Shown: positions 1 to 9,667, numbered from the stretch's first letter. The stretch is 64,000 nt of DNA from Planctomycetota bacterium (GCA_965223845.1 CBDCXR010000004.1:3904001-3968000); one strand, 5' to 3'. The notes: generated by a model not told the origin, from the letters alone. Translations and numbers: made by a program.

Positions 1-451
1 GTTCGGACCGGAACGGCGGGAAGGCGACGGCTGGGACGAGCCGCCTACGCACGGCCGCGATCCGCTTTTTTTCTACTGGCGGGTGGGTTGGGGGATCCCT
101 AAACTGTCACGCTTCGTCGGGCGGCAGGCGGGCTGCGAGAGGGAAATACTCGGTTATGGTCCTCCCGCAGACTCGCGAGGGAACGCAGGCAACGTCGAAC
201 CTCGTGGCGCCGCGACTTCTCGGCGTCCGGGGGGTTTCTTCCGATACGAGAAACCTCTCACCGGGGTGCGTCGCATCGAAGGATCATCAACCGCTGCACG
301 CAGTCAGCGGAGATTGAGGAAGAGGAAAGCCGCGACGACGCAAGGTCGAGCCGTCGGGTCACCCCGAGGCGTCCGCCGTCAGATCTCCACTGCTCTCCAC
401 CGCGTCGTCTTCGCTGCCGCCTAAGGGTTCGCAGGTTCCCGCTCGGTCGTT

Positions 452-1390
452 ATGCGCGTAAATTCCAGCCTGAACGAATCCGCGGTCGAGGTATTCGATC
501 AGCTTTCGCCCCGCGCGGGTGAGCTCGGAGTTTCGCTTCACACAATCGGCGGTGCCCAGGTCATCGACGCCGGCATCCACGCGAAGGGCAGCACGGAGTG
601 CGGCCTCCTCCTAGCGCAGATCAGTCTCGCCGGCCTCGCGACTCTCAGCGTCGACTCGAGCGCTCAACGGGACCGGGTCGTGGTCGAGACCGAACACCCG
701 ATCGCCGCGTGTCTCGCGTCGCAATACGCGGGCTGGCAAATCGAGCACGGCGAGTACTTCGCGATGGGCTCGGGACCGATGCGGGCAGCTTACGGGCGCG
801 AGAAGCTCTTCGACGTTATCGGTCATCGCGAGTCGGCCTCGCGTGTCGTCGGAGTCCTCGAAGCGCAGGAGCTGCCGAGCGTCGACACGGTCGAGTGGAT
901 CGCTGAGCAGACGAGAGTGACCCCGGAGAATGTGCGTCTCGTCGTCGCTCGAACGAACAGCCTCGCGGGCATCATCCAAGTGGTGGCTCGATCAGTCGAG
1001 ACGGCTCTTCACAAACTCCACACATTGGGATTCGATCTCGAACGCGTCGTCAGCGGACGGGGTTCGGCTCCGATCCCGCCGGTGGCACGGAATCGCTCCG
1101 AGGCGATCGGCCGGACGAACGACGCGATCCTCTACGGCTCGTCGGTCACCTTGTCCGTTCGCGGCGACGACGCGTCGATCGAGGAAATCGCCCCGCGTGT
1201 GCCGTCGTCGGCGTCGCGCGACTACGGCACGCGGTTCGAGACGATCCTCGCACGCTACGAGAACTTCTACGACATCGACCCGATGCTCTTTAGCCCGGCG
1301 CGCATCACGTTTCGGAACGTAGAGACGGGCAGCGATCTCACGGCGGGAGAGCTCGCCGACGACATCCTCGCCCAGTCGTTTTCGAGCTGA
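452..1390 (+). CDS. mch: Methenyltetrahydromethanopterin cyclohydrolase
   Basis: Mch motifs PIAACLASQYAGW, FAMGSGPMRA, ARSVETALHKLH, GRTNDAILYG, FYDIDPMLFSPA; 312 aa is typical length. Confidence 0.95.
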   Translation: MRVNSSLNESAVEVFDQLSPRAGELGVSLHTIGGAQVIDAGIHAKGSTECGLLLAQISLAGLATLSVDSSAQRDRVVVETEHPIAACLASQYAGWQIEHGEYFAMGSGPMRAAYGREKLFDVIGHRESASRVVGVLEAQELPSVDTVEWIAEQTRVTPENVRLVVARTNSLAGIIQVVARSVETALHKLHTLGFDLERVVSGRGSAPIPPVARNRSEAIGRTNDAILYGSSVTLSVRGDDASIEEIAPRVPSSASRDYGTRFETILARYENFYDIDPMLFSPARITFRNVETGSDLTAGELADDILAQSFSS

Positions 1391-1447
1391 ATCGCCCCGG
1401 CGGGGGGCGACTCGCTTTCGATCCCGCCCCCGTGCGATCTCAGGCGC

Positions 1448-2479
1448 ATGGACTTCTCTCGCCAGAACAGGCCTCCTCTACCGAGACTCGGCGTGGTGTT
1501 CGGCGGCTCGAACTTGGAGCCCGGATGGCACGTCGCCGATCTCGCGCGCGCGGCACGCGAGGCGGGAGTCGAGCTTTGCTTCGCGAGCTTCGAAGAGCTG
1601 ACGGCCCGGGTCGGCTCGGGTGCTTTCGGGGAGAGCTCCGCCGGGTCCTCGGCGGGCGACCTCGATCTGGGCGAGCTCGATGCCCTCATCGTCCGAACGA
1701 TGCCGCGAGGCTCGCTCGAGCAGATCATTTTTCGCATGGACGTTCTCCACCAGCTCGAGGCGCGCGGAATCGCGATCATCAACCGTCCGCGTGCGCTCGA
1801 GACCGCGATCGACAAATACCTCGCGCTCGCCCGCCTCGACGCGGCTGGGCTCCCGCTGCCGCCGACGCGGATCGCGCAAAACAGCGCGGCGACGGCGCGC
1901 TGGTTCGTGGAGCTCGGACGCGACGTCGTCTTCAAGCCGCTCTTCGGCTCGGAGGGTCGGGGCCAGGTGCGGGTGACCGACGAAGGTGAGGCGGAGCGCG
2001 TCGCGCGCGAAATCGAGTCGACCGGTGCGGTCGTCTATCTCCAGCGTTTCATCGACCACGGCGGGAGCGATCTCCGCATCTTCGTCTGCGACGGTGCGGT
2101 GATCGGCGCGATGCGCCGTTCGACGCGTGACTCGTGGCGCACCAACGTCGCCTGCGGCGGCAACGCGGAACCCGCGTCGATCTCAAGGGAACTGGCCGAG
2201 CTCGCCCTCGCCGCGGCGCGCTCCGTCGGCACGGAGATCGCCGGCGTCGACATCATCGAAGACGAGGACGGCCATCCTTGGATTCTCGAAGTGAACGGCG
2301 TGCCCGGGTGGCGCGCGCTCGCGGCGGTGTGCAAGCTCGACGTCGCGCGCGAAATCGTTCGCTACGCGCTCGCGCGTGGCCGGGGGTCGCGCGCCGGGCG
2401 CTCGAGCCCGCGCGACCGGGGCCCCCTCGACTCCGTCGAGCTCAGACCAGCGCCGGCGGAGGAACGGGCGAGTCGATGA
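1448..2479 (+). CDS. RimK-family ATP-grasp ligase (Orf5-like; H4MPT/methanofuran glutamylation)
   Basis: GSLEQIIFRMDVLH, AIDKY, KPLFGSEGRG, DLRIFV, WRTNVACGG, GVDI, LEVNGVPGW; directly after mch as in bacterial H4MPT clusters. Confidence 0.88.
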   Translation: MDFSRQNRPPLPRLGVVFGGSNLEPGWHVADLARAAREAGVELCFASFEELTARVGSGAFGESSAGSSAGDLDLGELDALIVRTMPRGSLEQIIFRMDVLHQLEARGIAIINRPRALETAIDKYLALARLDAAGLPLPPTRIAQNSAATARWFVELGRDVVFKPLFGSEGRGQVRVTDEGEAERVAREIESTGAVVYLQRFIDHGGSDLRIFVCDGAVIGAMRRSTRDSWRTNVACGGNAEPASISRELAELALAAARSVGTEIAGVDIIEDEDGHPWILEVNGVPGWRALAAVCKLDVAREIVRYALARGRGSRAGRSSPRDRGPLDSVELRPAPAEERASR

Positions 2480-3363
2480 ACACCGCTCCGACCGACCGGG
2501 CAGAACAAGTTGCCGCGTGGGTCGAAGCGGCCTGCATCCTCGAAGTGAGTGTTCCGAAGCTCGGAAACGTTCACCCCGGCGCTTCGTTCCGCGATGTCTC
2601 CTTCGACGATTTCGTCGCGAGCGCTCGCGCGATCCGGCCGGCGTTCGAGCGCGCCGAGGAATCGTCCATCGGCCGCATCGTTCTCTCCGCGGCCCGAGCG
2701 ACCGCCGAGGTCGTCCAAACGAATACGAACCTCGGCATGATTCTCCTCTTGGCTCCCCTCGCGAAATGGGCGCTCGGCGGAAGCGAACGGCTCTCTGCCG
2801 ATAGCCGAGGAATCGAGGCCGAGCGCGGCCGGCTGCGAGACCTTCTCGCGGCGACGACGCTGGAGGACGCCGAACTCGTCTACGAGGCGATCCGTCTCGC
2901 GCGACCGGGCGGGCTCGGTCGCGTGGAAGAAGGAGACGTTCGTTCGGCGCCCACCTCGACGCTTCGGGAAGCGATGGTCCTCGCTGCCGATCGCGATCTC
3001 GTGGCGCAGCAGTACACGAACTCCTTCGAAGAAGTGCTCGATCCCGGATATCGAGCAATCCAAGAGGCGCTCGGGCGCGGCTGGTCGCGCGAACTCGCCG
3101 TCGCCTACTCTCACACTCGGCTTCTCGCCGCGTTCCCGGATTCTCTCATCGCGCGAAAGCGCGGCGCGGACGTCGCCGCCGAGGCGTCGCGACGCGCGGC
3201 GGGCGTCATCGCCGCCGGCTGGCCGATGTCCGCAGCCGCCAGACACGAGTGGAGCGAAACCGACGCTTGGCTGCGCGAAGACGGTCACGCTCGCAATCCC
3301 GGCGCGACGGCCGACCTGACCGCGGCCTCCTTGTTTCTCGCGATGTGGACGGGCATACTCTAG
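2476..3363 (+). CDS. CitG/MdcB-family triphosphoribosyl-dephospho-CoA synthase-like protein (Orf7-like)
   Basis: ACILEVSVPKLGNVHP, NTNLGMILLLAPL, FPDSLIARKRG, NPGATADLTAASLF. Start moved to ATG 2476, which overlaps the upstream stop (ATGA). Confidence 0.88.
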   Translation: MNTAPTDRAEQVAAWVEAACILEVSVPKLGNVHPGASFRDVSFDDFVASARAIRPAFERAEESSIGRIVLSAARATAEVVQTNTNLGMILLLAPLAKWALGGSERLSADSRGIEAERGRLRDLLAATTLEDAELVYEAIRLARPGGLGRVEEGDVRSAPTSTLREAMVLAADRDLVAQQYTNSFEEVLDPGYRAIQEALGRGWSRELAVAYSHTRLLAAFPDSLIARKRGADVAAEASRRAAGVIAAGWPMSAAARHEWSETDAWLREDGHARNPGATADLTAASLFLAMWTGIL

Positions 3364-3694
3364 CCGCCTGCTGAAAAGTGCTTCGAGTCGAGAACCGGCT
3401 CGTTCGCGTTCGGGTCGGCCGCGGCAAACGCCGGCAATCTCCGTGATTCTCGAGAGTTGACGCGGCTCATCTCGGCGTAGACGCGCTGCGCTCTCGGCCG
3501 AAACGAGTTTTCTTGGGCGGGCTGCGAGCCCGAGTTCCGTCGCCGGAGTCTCTCCTCCGAGAGACCGCCATCACAACTCGCCCGCGGCTTCCAAATCCGC
3601 CTGAGACGAGCCGTTCGCTCTCGTACACTCACTCCGCTCGACGCGCGAGTGGGATGCGCAGCGTTCGCACCGCCCTTCAATCGCTGAGTTCGGG

Positions 3695-4216
3695 ATGGAC
3701 CGTTACCGCATCCGCGTCAGCAAAGACTACCTGTCCTTCTGCTCGGCGCACTTCATCATCTTCAACGAGACGCAGTGCGAACGTCTCCACGGCCACAACT
3801 ATCGCGTGGAGGCCGAGCTCGAAGGCACGCTGGATCAAGATCTACTCGTCTTCGATTTCATCGAGCTGAAGCTGATCCTAAAGTCGATCTGCGAAGAGCT
3901 CGACCACCGCGTGCTCGTTCCGGTTGAAAGCCGGACGCTCGACGTCGATGTCGGCGAGGCCCGCGTTGCGATGCGCTACGAGGACCGCGAGTGGGTCTTC
4001 CCGCGCGGCGACTGCGCCCTCCTCCCGATCGAAAACACGACTGCCGAGCTGCTCGCGCGCTGGTTCGCCCGCCGACTGCGGGACGCTTTGAAATCGCGGT
4101 TGCAAGGGAAGGTTGGGAAGCAATCCTTCGGGTTCCTCCGCGTCGAGCTCTTCGAGTCGCCCGGGCAGTCGGCCGAGTTTCGGCTCGAGAACTGGCTCGA
4201 CGCCGAAGAGCGCTGA
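3695..4216 (+). CDS. queD: 6-pyruvoyl-tetrahydropterin synthase family (QueD / PTPS-I/III type)
   Basis: FCSAHFI, CERLHGHNYRVEA, DFIELK, LDHRVL, ENTTAELLA, ELFESPGQSA: T-fold PTPS signature. Confidence 0.85.
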   Translation: MDRYRIRVSKDYLSFCSAHFIIFNETQCERLHGHNYRVEAELEGTLDQDLLVFDFIELKLILKSICEELDHRVLVPVESRTLDVDVGEARVAMRYEDREWVFPRGDCALLPIENTTAELLARWFARRLRDALKSRLQGKVGKQSFGFLRVELFESPGQSAEFRLENWLDAEER

Positions 4217-4258
4217 GCGCATTGGCGGCGAGCGCAGCGGCAGATCGAGAGCGCTTCC

Positions 4259-5041
4259 ATGAGTGAATCCGACGGAGCCGCTCGCCACGCTTCGCTCGAA
4301 AACCTCACCGCTCTCGTCACCGGTTCGTCGAGTGGGATCGGTCGCGCGATCGCCGCCGAGTTCGCCGCGGCGGGCGCGCGCGTCATCCTGCACGCGAATC
4401 GCTCGGTCGCCGCGGCGCACGAGCTCGCCCGCGAGCTCGTGCGAACCACCGGAACCACGGCGCCCGTGATTCAAGCCGACCTCTCGGACTCGGCGGCGAC
4501 GACCTGTCTCGTCGAGGAAGCCTACGCGATCGCGCCAGACATCGATGTTTGGGTGAACAACGCCGGGGCGGACGTCCTCACGACGGACCTCGCTAAGGCC
4601 GAGTTCTCAGCGAAGCTCGAGCGCCTTTGGGACGTGGACGTCCGCGCGACGATCGCCCTCACGCGCGCCGTGGCCGAACGCATGCGCGCGCGGGGGAGCG
4701 GCGTCATCCTGAACATGGGCTGGGACCAGGCCGAACGCGGAATGGAAGGCGAGAGCGGGGAGCTCTTCGGCGCGACGAAGGGCGCAATCATGTGTTTTAC
4801 GAGAAGCGCTGCGCTCTCGTTCGCACCGGAAGTGCGCATCAACTGTCTCGCCCCGGGATGGATTCGGACGGCTTGGGGGGAATCGGCCGACGACTATTGG
4901 CAGAAGCGCGTCGTCGAGGAAACTCCGCTCGCGCGCTGGGGAACACCAAACGATGTCGCCTCGGCCGCGCGCTTTCTCGCGTCGCCCGACGCGAGCTATA
5001 TCACGGGACAAATCGTGCGGGTGAACGGCGGATGTACCTAG
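4259..5041 (+). CDS. SDR-family oxidoreductase (possible pteridine reductase)
   Basis: TGSSSGIG Rossmann motif, VNNAG, RINCLAPGWIRT, ITGQIVRVNGG. The catalytic motif reads FGATK instead of YxxxK. Confidence 0.85.
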   Translation: MSESDGAARHASLENLTALVTGSSSGIGRAIAAEFAAAGARVILHANRSVAAAHELARELVRTTGTTAPVIQADLSDSAATTCLVEEAYAIAPDIDVWVNNAGADVLTTDLAKAEFSAKLERLWDVDVRATIALTRAVAERMRARGSGVILNMGWDQAERGMEGESGELFGATKGAIMCFTRSAALSFAPEVRINCLAPGWIRTAWGESADDYWQKRVVEETPLARWGTPNDVASAARFLASPDASYITGQIVRVNGGCT

Positions 5042-5306
5042 GCGACGAAGACGGGCGGGAAGGCGAGAGAGAAGAGAGGCGATGCTCTGACGGCGGTGGC
5101 CCGAGCTCGGCGCCGCGGTGAAGCCGTCATCCTCCGAAGTGCTCTTCCCGATCCATTCGTGGGCCATCTCTCTTCAAGCCCGCGATCCGCCGAGCGCTCC
5201 CCGGGCGCGGATCGCCCTTGCCCCCGTTCGGAGGATCCGCGAAGCTGAGGCATCCGAGCGGGTTTCGACGAACGGACTCGCCGCTTAGCGACCGAAGGAG
5301 ACGGCC

Positions 5307-5651
5307 GTGGCCAAGGACGAAGTGTACTCCGAAGAAGAGATCTCCCGCGAGCTCGGCGACCTCCCCCAGTGGGAGTTTCGCGACGGCTGGATTCGACGCA
5401 CGTTCGCGACGCCGGGATGGCCGCACACGCTCATGCTCGTCGGCGCGATCGGCTACCGCGCGGAGGCCGGATTCCATCACCCCGATCTGAACGTCGGTTG
5501 GGCTCAGGTCGTCGTCAAGCTCCAGACGCACAGCGCCGGCGGCGTGACCGCCAAAGACTTCGCGCTCGCACGCGAGATCGAGGCCATCGCGACGTGGCTC
5601 CCCGCCGACGAGAGCGCTCTCGAGGGTTTTCCCAAGAAGTGGGTACGTTAG
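5307..5651 (+). CDS. phhB: Pterin-4-alpha-carbinolamine dehydratase
   Basis: AEAGFHHPDL, LQTHSAGGVTAKDFALAREIE; AAGGAG RBS before the GTG start. Confidence 0.9.
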   Translation: MAKDEVYSEEEISRELGDLPQWEFRDGWIRRTFATPGWPHTLMLVGAIGYRAEAGFHHPDLNVGWAQVVVKLQTHSAGGVTAKDFALAREIEAIATWLPADESALEGFPKKWVR

Positions 5652-7057
5652 AGGGCGGCGAGGGGGGCTGCATCGCGTTCGTCACCGGCACGCTCGCCGC
5701 CCCGCTCCTCGAATCGATTCTCGGCGACCTCTCGGAGGAGGTGGGCTTCGAGTACGAGATCGTTCGTCTCCGCATCGATGTCGCCGCGCTGATGACGACC
5801 GAGTGGATCGCACGGCGTCTCGAGCTCTCCGAACGCGTCGAGCGCGTCCTCATCCCGGGGTATGTGCGCGGGGATGTCGAACGACTGACCCACCGGATCG
5901 GAAGGCCGGTCGAGCGCGGACCAAAGGATCTCCGCGCGCTTCCCGAGCACTTCGGCCGGGGGACGGCGCGGACCGGAGGCTACGGGTCGTACTCGATCGA
6001 GATCCTAGCCGAAATCAATCACGTTCCCGATTTGTCGGAGCGTGAGCTCCTCGCCGAGGCGCGGCGTTTCGCCGAGCAGGGCGCGGACGTGATCGACCTT
6101 GGCTGCAATCCGGGTGAGCCGTTCGCAGAGATTCGCTCGCGTGTCGAGCTCCTTCGAGCGGAAGGCCTGCGCGTTTCGATCGACAGCCTACACGAAGATG
6201 AGATCCGCGCCGCGGTCGCCGGCGGAGCGGAGCTCGTCCTGAGCGTCAACCGATCGAACCTCGAGGTGGCGCGGGATCTCGGCGCGGAAGTCGTCATCAT
6301 ACCGGATCGTCCGTCGGCTCCGGACGCGCTCGATCAGATCGCGGAAACTGCCTCGTCGCTAGACGCCTGGGGAGTCGAGTATCGACTCGATCCCGTGCTC
6401 GAGCCGATCGGTTTCGGCTTTGCGGCATCGCTCGGACGCTACGTCGCCGTACGCGAGCGCTTCCCCACCGCGGCCGTGATGATGGGGATCGGGAATCTCA
6501 CCGAGCTCACCGATGCCGACAGCGCACCGATCAATCTGCTGCTCGCCGGGTTCTGCGAAGAGCTCCAGATCGCGAGCGTTCTCACGACCGGGGTCATCCA
6601 CTGGGCGACCGACAGCGTCCGCGAGATCGATCTCGCTCGTCGGCTCGTGCGCTACGCCGTAGAGAATTCCGCGCTGCCGAAACACGTCGAGCCGCGCCTC
6701 CATCTCGTTCGCGACGCGACCCACCGCGAACCCGATCCGGCGGAACTCAGTGAGCTCGCGCAGCGCATTCGCGATCGTAACTTTCGCCTCTACGTCGCCG
6801 GAGGCGAGCTCCACGCTCTGAGCGCGGGGCGCCACCTGCACGACGCGGATGCGTTCGAGCTCTTCCGTAGACTGGACGTCTCGGATCCGTCGCACGCGTT
6901 TTATCTCGGTTACGAGCTCGCGAAGGCGACGACGGCGCTCACCCTCGGGAAGAACTACGTCCAAGACGAAGCCCTAAGCTGGGGCTTCCTCACACGCCCG
7001 GAGGAGAGCCATCTCGACCGAAATCGATCCGGCCGAGGCGAGGCGGAGGAACGATGA
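5639..7057 (+). CDS. Dihydropteroate synthase-related protein (Orf20/DUF6513-like; methanopterin biosynthesis)
   Basis: FVTGTLA, VAALMT, RGPKDLRALP, GADVIDLGCNPG, LDPVLEPIGFGF, MMGIGNLTELTDADS, HAFYLGYELAKA..LGKNYVQDE. Start inferred at GTG 5639. Confidence 0.85.
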   Translation: MGTLEGGEGGCIAFVTGTLAAPLLESILGDLSEEVGFEYEIVRLRIDVAALMTTEWIARRLELSERVERVLIPGYVRGDVERLTHRIGRPVERGPKDLRALPEHFGRGTARTGGYGSYSIEILAEINHVPDLSERELLAEARRFAEQGADVIDLGCNPGEPFAEIRSRVELLRAEGLRVSIDSLHEDEIRAAVAGGAELVLSVNRSNLEVARDLGAEVVIIPDRPSAPDALDQIAETASSLDAWGVEYRLDPVLEPIGFGFAASLGRYVAVRERFPTAAVMMGIGNLTELTDADSAPINLLLAGFCEELQIASVLTTGVIHWATDSVREIDLARRLVRYAVENSALPKHVEPRLHLVRDATHREPDPAELSELAQRIRDRNFRLYVAGGELHALSAGRHLHDADAFELFRRLDVSDPSHAFYLGYELAKATTALTLGKNYVQDEALSWGFLTRPEESHLDRNRSGRGEAEER

Positions 7058-8559
7058 CCGAGGAAGCAGGGCCGCCCGTCGTACGCGAGCTCGTGCAGCC
7101 TCCGACGCCGTGGACGGCCCTCGAGCGCTGCTGCGACCTCCCGTTCGTGCTCTTTCTCGACAGCGCCGCCCGTGAGCCGGAGCGGGGACGTTACTCCTAC
7201 CTCTCTGCCGCTCCGTTCGCTGTGTTCCGGGCGCGTCGCGATGAATGGGAGCTCGCGGAGGCTCCGCGGGGCGAAGCGAGGCTGCCGTCCGACGCGTTCC
7301 GGAGCGTCCAGTACGAGGTGACTGATCGCGGCCAAGGCTCGCCGCTCGAAGCGGTTCGCGATCGCTTCCGCCGCTTTCGATCCCAAACCGCTGTTGGAGC
7401 CCCACCGTTTCAAGGCGGCGCGGCCGGCTACTTCTCGTACGATCTCGCGCATTCGCTCGAGACCCTTCCGCGCGCACGCTGGGATGAGTTCGGCACGGAC
7501 GACATCGTGCTCGGCTTCTACGATTGGACCGTCGCCTGGGATCACGACGAGGGGCGGGCCTTCGTGATCGCAAACGGTCATCCGGCGACGGGTGACGAGC
7601 GTTCCCGTTGCGCCAACGCGCGCATCGACGCGGTCGTTCGCGCTCTCGCCGACGATCGGCGACGTGATCCGCTTCCCGTCACGTCAAAGCGCATCGCGGA
7701 GTCCGACCTCGCCCCGGGTCACGCGCTTACGGGATGGGATGGCATCCGCAGCGATTTCTCGCGCGATGGCTACCTCGCCGCCGTCGAGCGGGCGATCGAA
7801 GAGATCTGCGCGGGTGAGGTATTCCAGGTGAATCTCTCGCAGCGCCTGCTCGCGCCGGAGCGGTGGCCGCCGATCGAACACTACCGCCGGCTCCGCGAGG
7901 AGAATCCGGCGCCGTTTGCCGCCTACTTTCACGCCGGCACCGCGGCGATCGCCAGCTCGTCACCGGAGCAGTTTCTGGCCGTGAACGGTCGGCGCGTGGT
8001 CACACGACCGATCAAGGGAACGCGTCCGCGCGGCCACACCGCGATGGCGGATTCGTTTCAGGGTCCGGCCCTGTTCGAAAGCGAGAAGGATCGCGCCGAA
8101 AACGTCATGATCGTCGACCTCCTGAGAAACGATCTCTCGAAGGTGTGCTCCCCGGGAAGCGTTCGCGTCCCGCGCCTCTTCGACATCGAGCGTCATCCGA
8201 CGGTCTACCACCTCGTCTCGGAAGTCGAAGGCGAGCTCCGGCCGGACGTCGATCCGTTCGACCTCGTGGCCGCCACCTTTCCCGGGGGATCGATCACCGG
8301 CGCACCGAAAGTGCGGGCGATGGAGATCATCTCGGAGCTCGAGCCCACCGCACGCGGCCCCTACTGCGGCAGCCTCGGCTGGATCGGGTTCAACGGCGAT
8401 CTGAGCACGAACATCCTCATTCGTACGGTGACGATCGCAGGCGGCTGGCTTCAGATTCCGGTGGGCGGAGGGATCGTCGCCCCCTCTCGGCCCCGAGAGG
8501 AGTACGAAGAAACACTGAACAAGGCGAAGGGAATGCTGCGCTCACTCACACCCGGCTAG
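7054..8559 (+). CDS. pabB: Aminodeoxychorismate synthase component I
   Basis: FLDSA, GRYSY, PPFQGG, GEVFQVNLSQR, SSSPEQF, TRPIKGTRPRG, KDRAENVMIVDLLRNDLSKVC, FPGGSITGAPK. PIKGT and the pterin context favour PabB over TrpE. Confidence 0.9.
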   Translation: MTEEAGPPVVRELVQPPTPWTALERCCDLPFVLFLDSAAREPERGRYSYLSAAPFAVFRARRDEWELAEAPRGEARLPSDAFRSVQYEVTDRGQGSPLEAVRDRFRRFRSQTAVGAPPFQGGAAGYFSYDLAHSLETLPRARWDEFGTDDIVLGFYDWTVAWDHDEGRAFVIANGHPATGDERSRCANARIDAVVRALADDRRRDPLPVTSKRIAESDLAPGHALTGWDGIRSDFSRDGYLAAVERAIEEICAGEVFQVNLSQRLLAPERWPPIEHYRRLREENPAPFAAYFHAGTAAIASSSPEQFLAVNGRRVVTRPIKGTRPRGHTAMADSFQGPALFESEKDRAENVMIVDLLRNDLSKVCSPGSVRVPRLFDIERHPTVYHLVSEVEGELRPDVDPFDLVAATFPGGSITGAPKVRAMEIISELEPTARGPYCGSLGWIGFNGDLSTNILIRTVTIAGGWLQIPVGGGIVAPSRPREEYEETLNKAKGMLRSLTPG

Positions 8560-8968
8560 CCCGAACGAAGTGCGATGTCCGGGTCTGGCTAGAAAAAAGC
8601 GACGACTGAACCTTGAACGTGCAGGGAGCGGTCCGGTAGATTTGTACTTAATCTTCGCCTCCGAGGAGGTGGGATTCCCGGGTGCAGTTTCAGGACCAGC
8701 GGTCGCTATCGGCCAGGCGTATGTTCGTCATACGTCGATTCCCATTGCGGGACGGTGGCTAGTTGCGGTCGGATTCTGACACTCAAGGGAGCTCACTACC
8801 AAGAGCGGTGACCAAGTCAACGGGTTGCTCGCTCTGATTCGAGGCAACGGTTGCGGGGTTGGGCGTTGTAGTCCGAGGCAGTGCATCGGCCCGGTCGAGC
8901 CGGACGGGACGACCGGCGGTTGATTCACAGAGACGGCGCTCCACGGCGCAAAGAAAGCAGGTAGAGGC

Positions 8969-9616
8969 ATGAAGCGTATCGCCCTTTCAGGGCTCTTGGT
9001 CGCGCTCAGTGCGACGCTCGCCCATTCGGCCGAGTTCGATTTCTCGGCGATCACCGCCAACGACCCTTCGGGAAACGCGCAGGCAGCCGCCGAAGCGCAG
9101 CTCAAGCTGATCGTCACCGAGACACCGGCGGGTCAGGTTCTCTTCACGTTCCAGAACAACGGTCCCGAAGCGATGTTCATCGCGGACATCTACTTCGACG
9201 ACAATGCAGGTGTCCTCGATTCGCTCGTCGGCATCGACAATTCGGATCCCGGCGTCAACTTCACCACAACAGGTGCGCCACCGAATCTGCCCTCCGGGAA
9301 CACGGTCGGGTTCGCTTCCGACTACGATGTTCACGCGAGTAATCCTTCGGCGACTCACGGCGTCAACCCGGGCGAGTCCGTCGGAGTGCTCTTCGATCTC
9401 GCTCCCGGCATGTCTCTCAACGACGTCGTGATGGCGATCGGGAACGGCTCGCTCCTCGTGGGAGTTCACGTGCAGGGGTTCGCCGGCGGATTCAGTGAGA
9501 GCCTCATCGCGACGCCGGAACCCGCCACCGTGGCACTCGCCCTAGTGGCGCTCGCGATCGGCGGAGTCTTCGCTTATCGGCGCCGTCGCGAACTAGCGCT
9601 GGTCGGGGCCCGATAA
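8969..9616 (+). CDS. PEP-CTERM sorting-domain surface protein
   Basis: Signal peptide MKRIALSGLLVALSATLAHSA; C-terminal TPEPATVALALVALAIGGVFAYRRRR (PEP, TM helix, Arg cluster). Confidence 0.92.
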   Translation: MKRIALSGLLVALSATLAHSAEFDFSAITANDPSGNAQAAAEAQLKLIVTETPAGQVLFTFQNNGPEAMFIADIYFDDNAGVLDSLVGIDNSDPGVNFTTTGAPPNLPSGNTVGFASDYDVHASNPSATHGVNPGESVGVLFDLAPGMSLNDVVMAIGNGSLLVGVHVQGFAGGFSESLIATPEPATVALALVALAIGGVFAYRRRRELALVGAR

Positions 9617-9667
9617 TCTCCACCGGTTCCCCGGTCGGGCGCCGCCGCGCGGCGCTGAAGATCGCGA

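Noticed and set aside
320-335. GAGGAAAG motif like RNase P RNA
   Set aside because: Lacks the following UCC and the conserved 3' P4 partner sequence.
83-424. ORF ending VFAAA-stop, resembling a tmRNA tag
   Set aside because: No tRNA-like 5'/3' ends (no T-arm or CCA) and no room for the downstream pseudoknots, because mch begins 28 nt later.
1388-1448. mch TGA is in frame with the downstream RimK-like gene and followed by a GC-rich hairpin, suggesting readthrough
   Set aside because: Mch ends at its normal family C-terminus, the TGA is not in a redox motif, and the two proteins are separate in known clusters.
2134-2475. Extended N-termini in the ORF track (also 5369, 27214, 18228, 18686, 22513, 53746, 55785, 59298)
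   Set aside because: They overlap neighbouring real genes or precede the family N-terminus; starts were reset to codons matching family N-termini, RBS or stop/start overlaps.
8585-8601. GG-N10-GC, a possible sigma-54 promoter upstream of the PEP-CTERM gene
   Set aside because: TGGCTAGAAAAAAGC lacks the TTGC -12 element and lies about 370 nt from the start codon; too weak to call.
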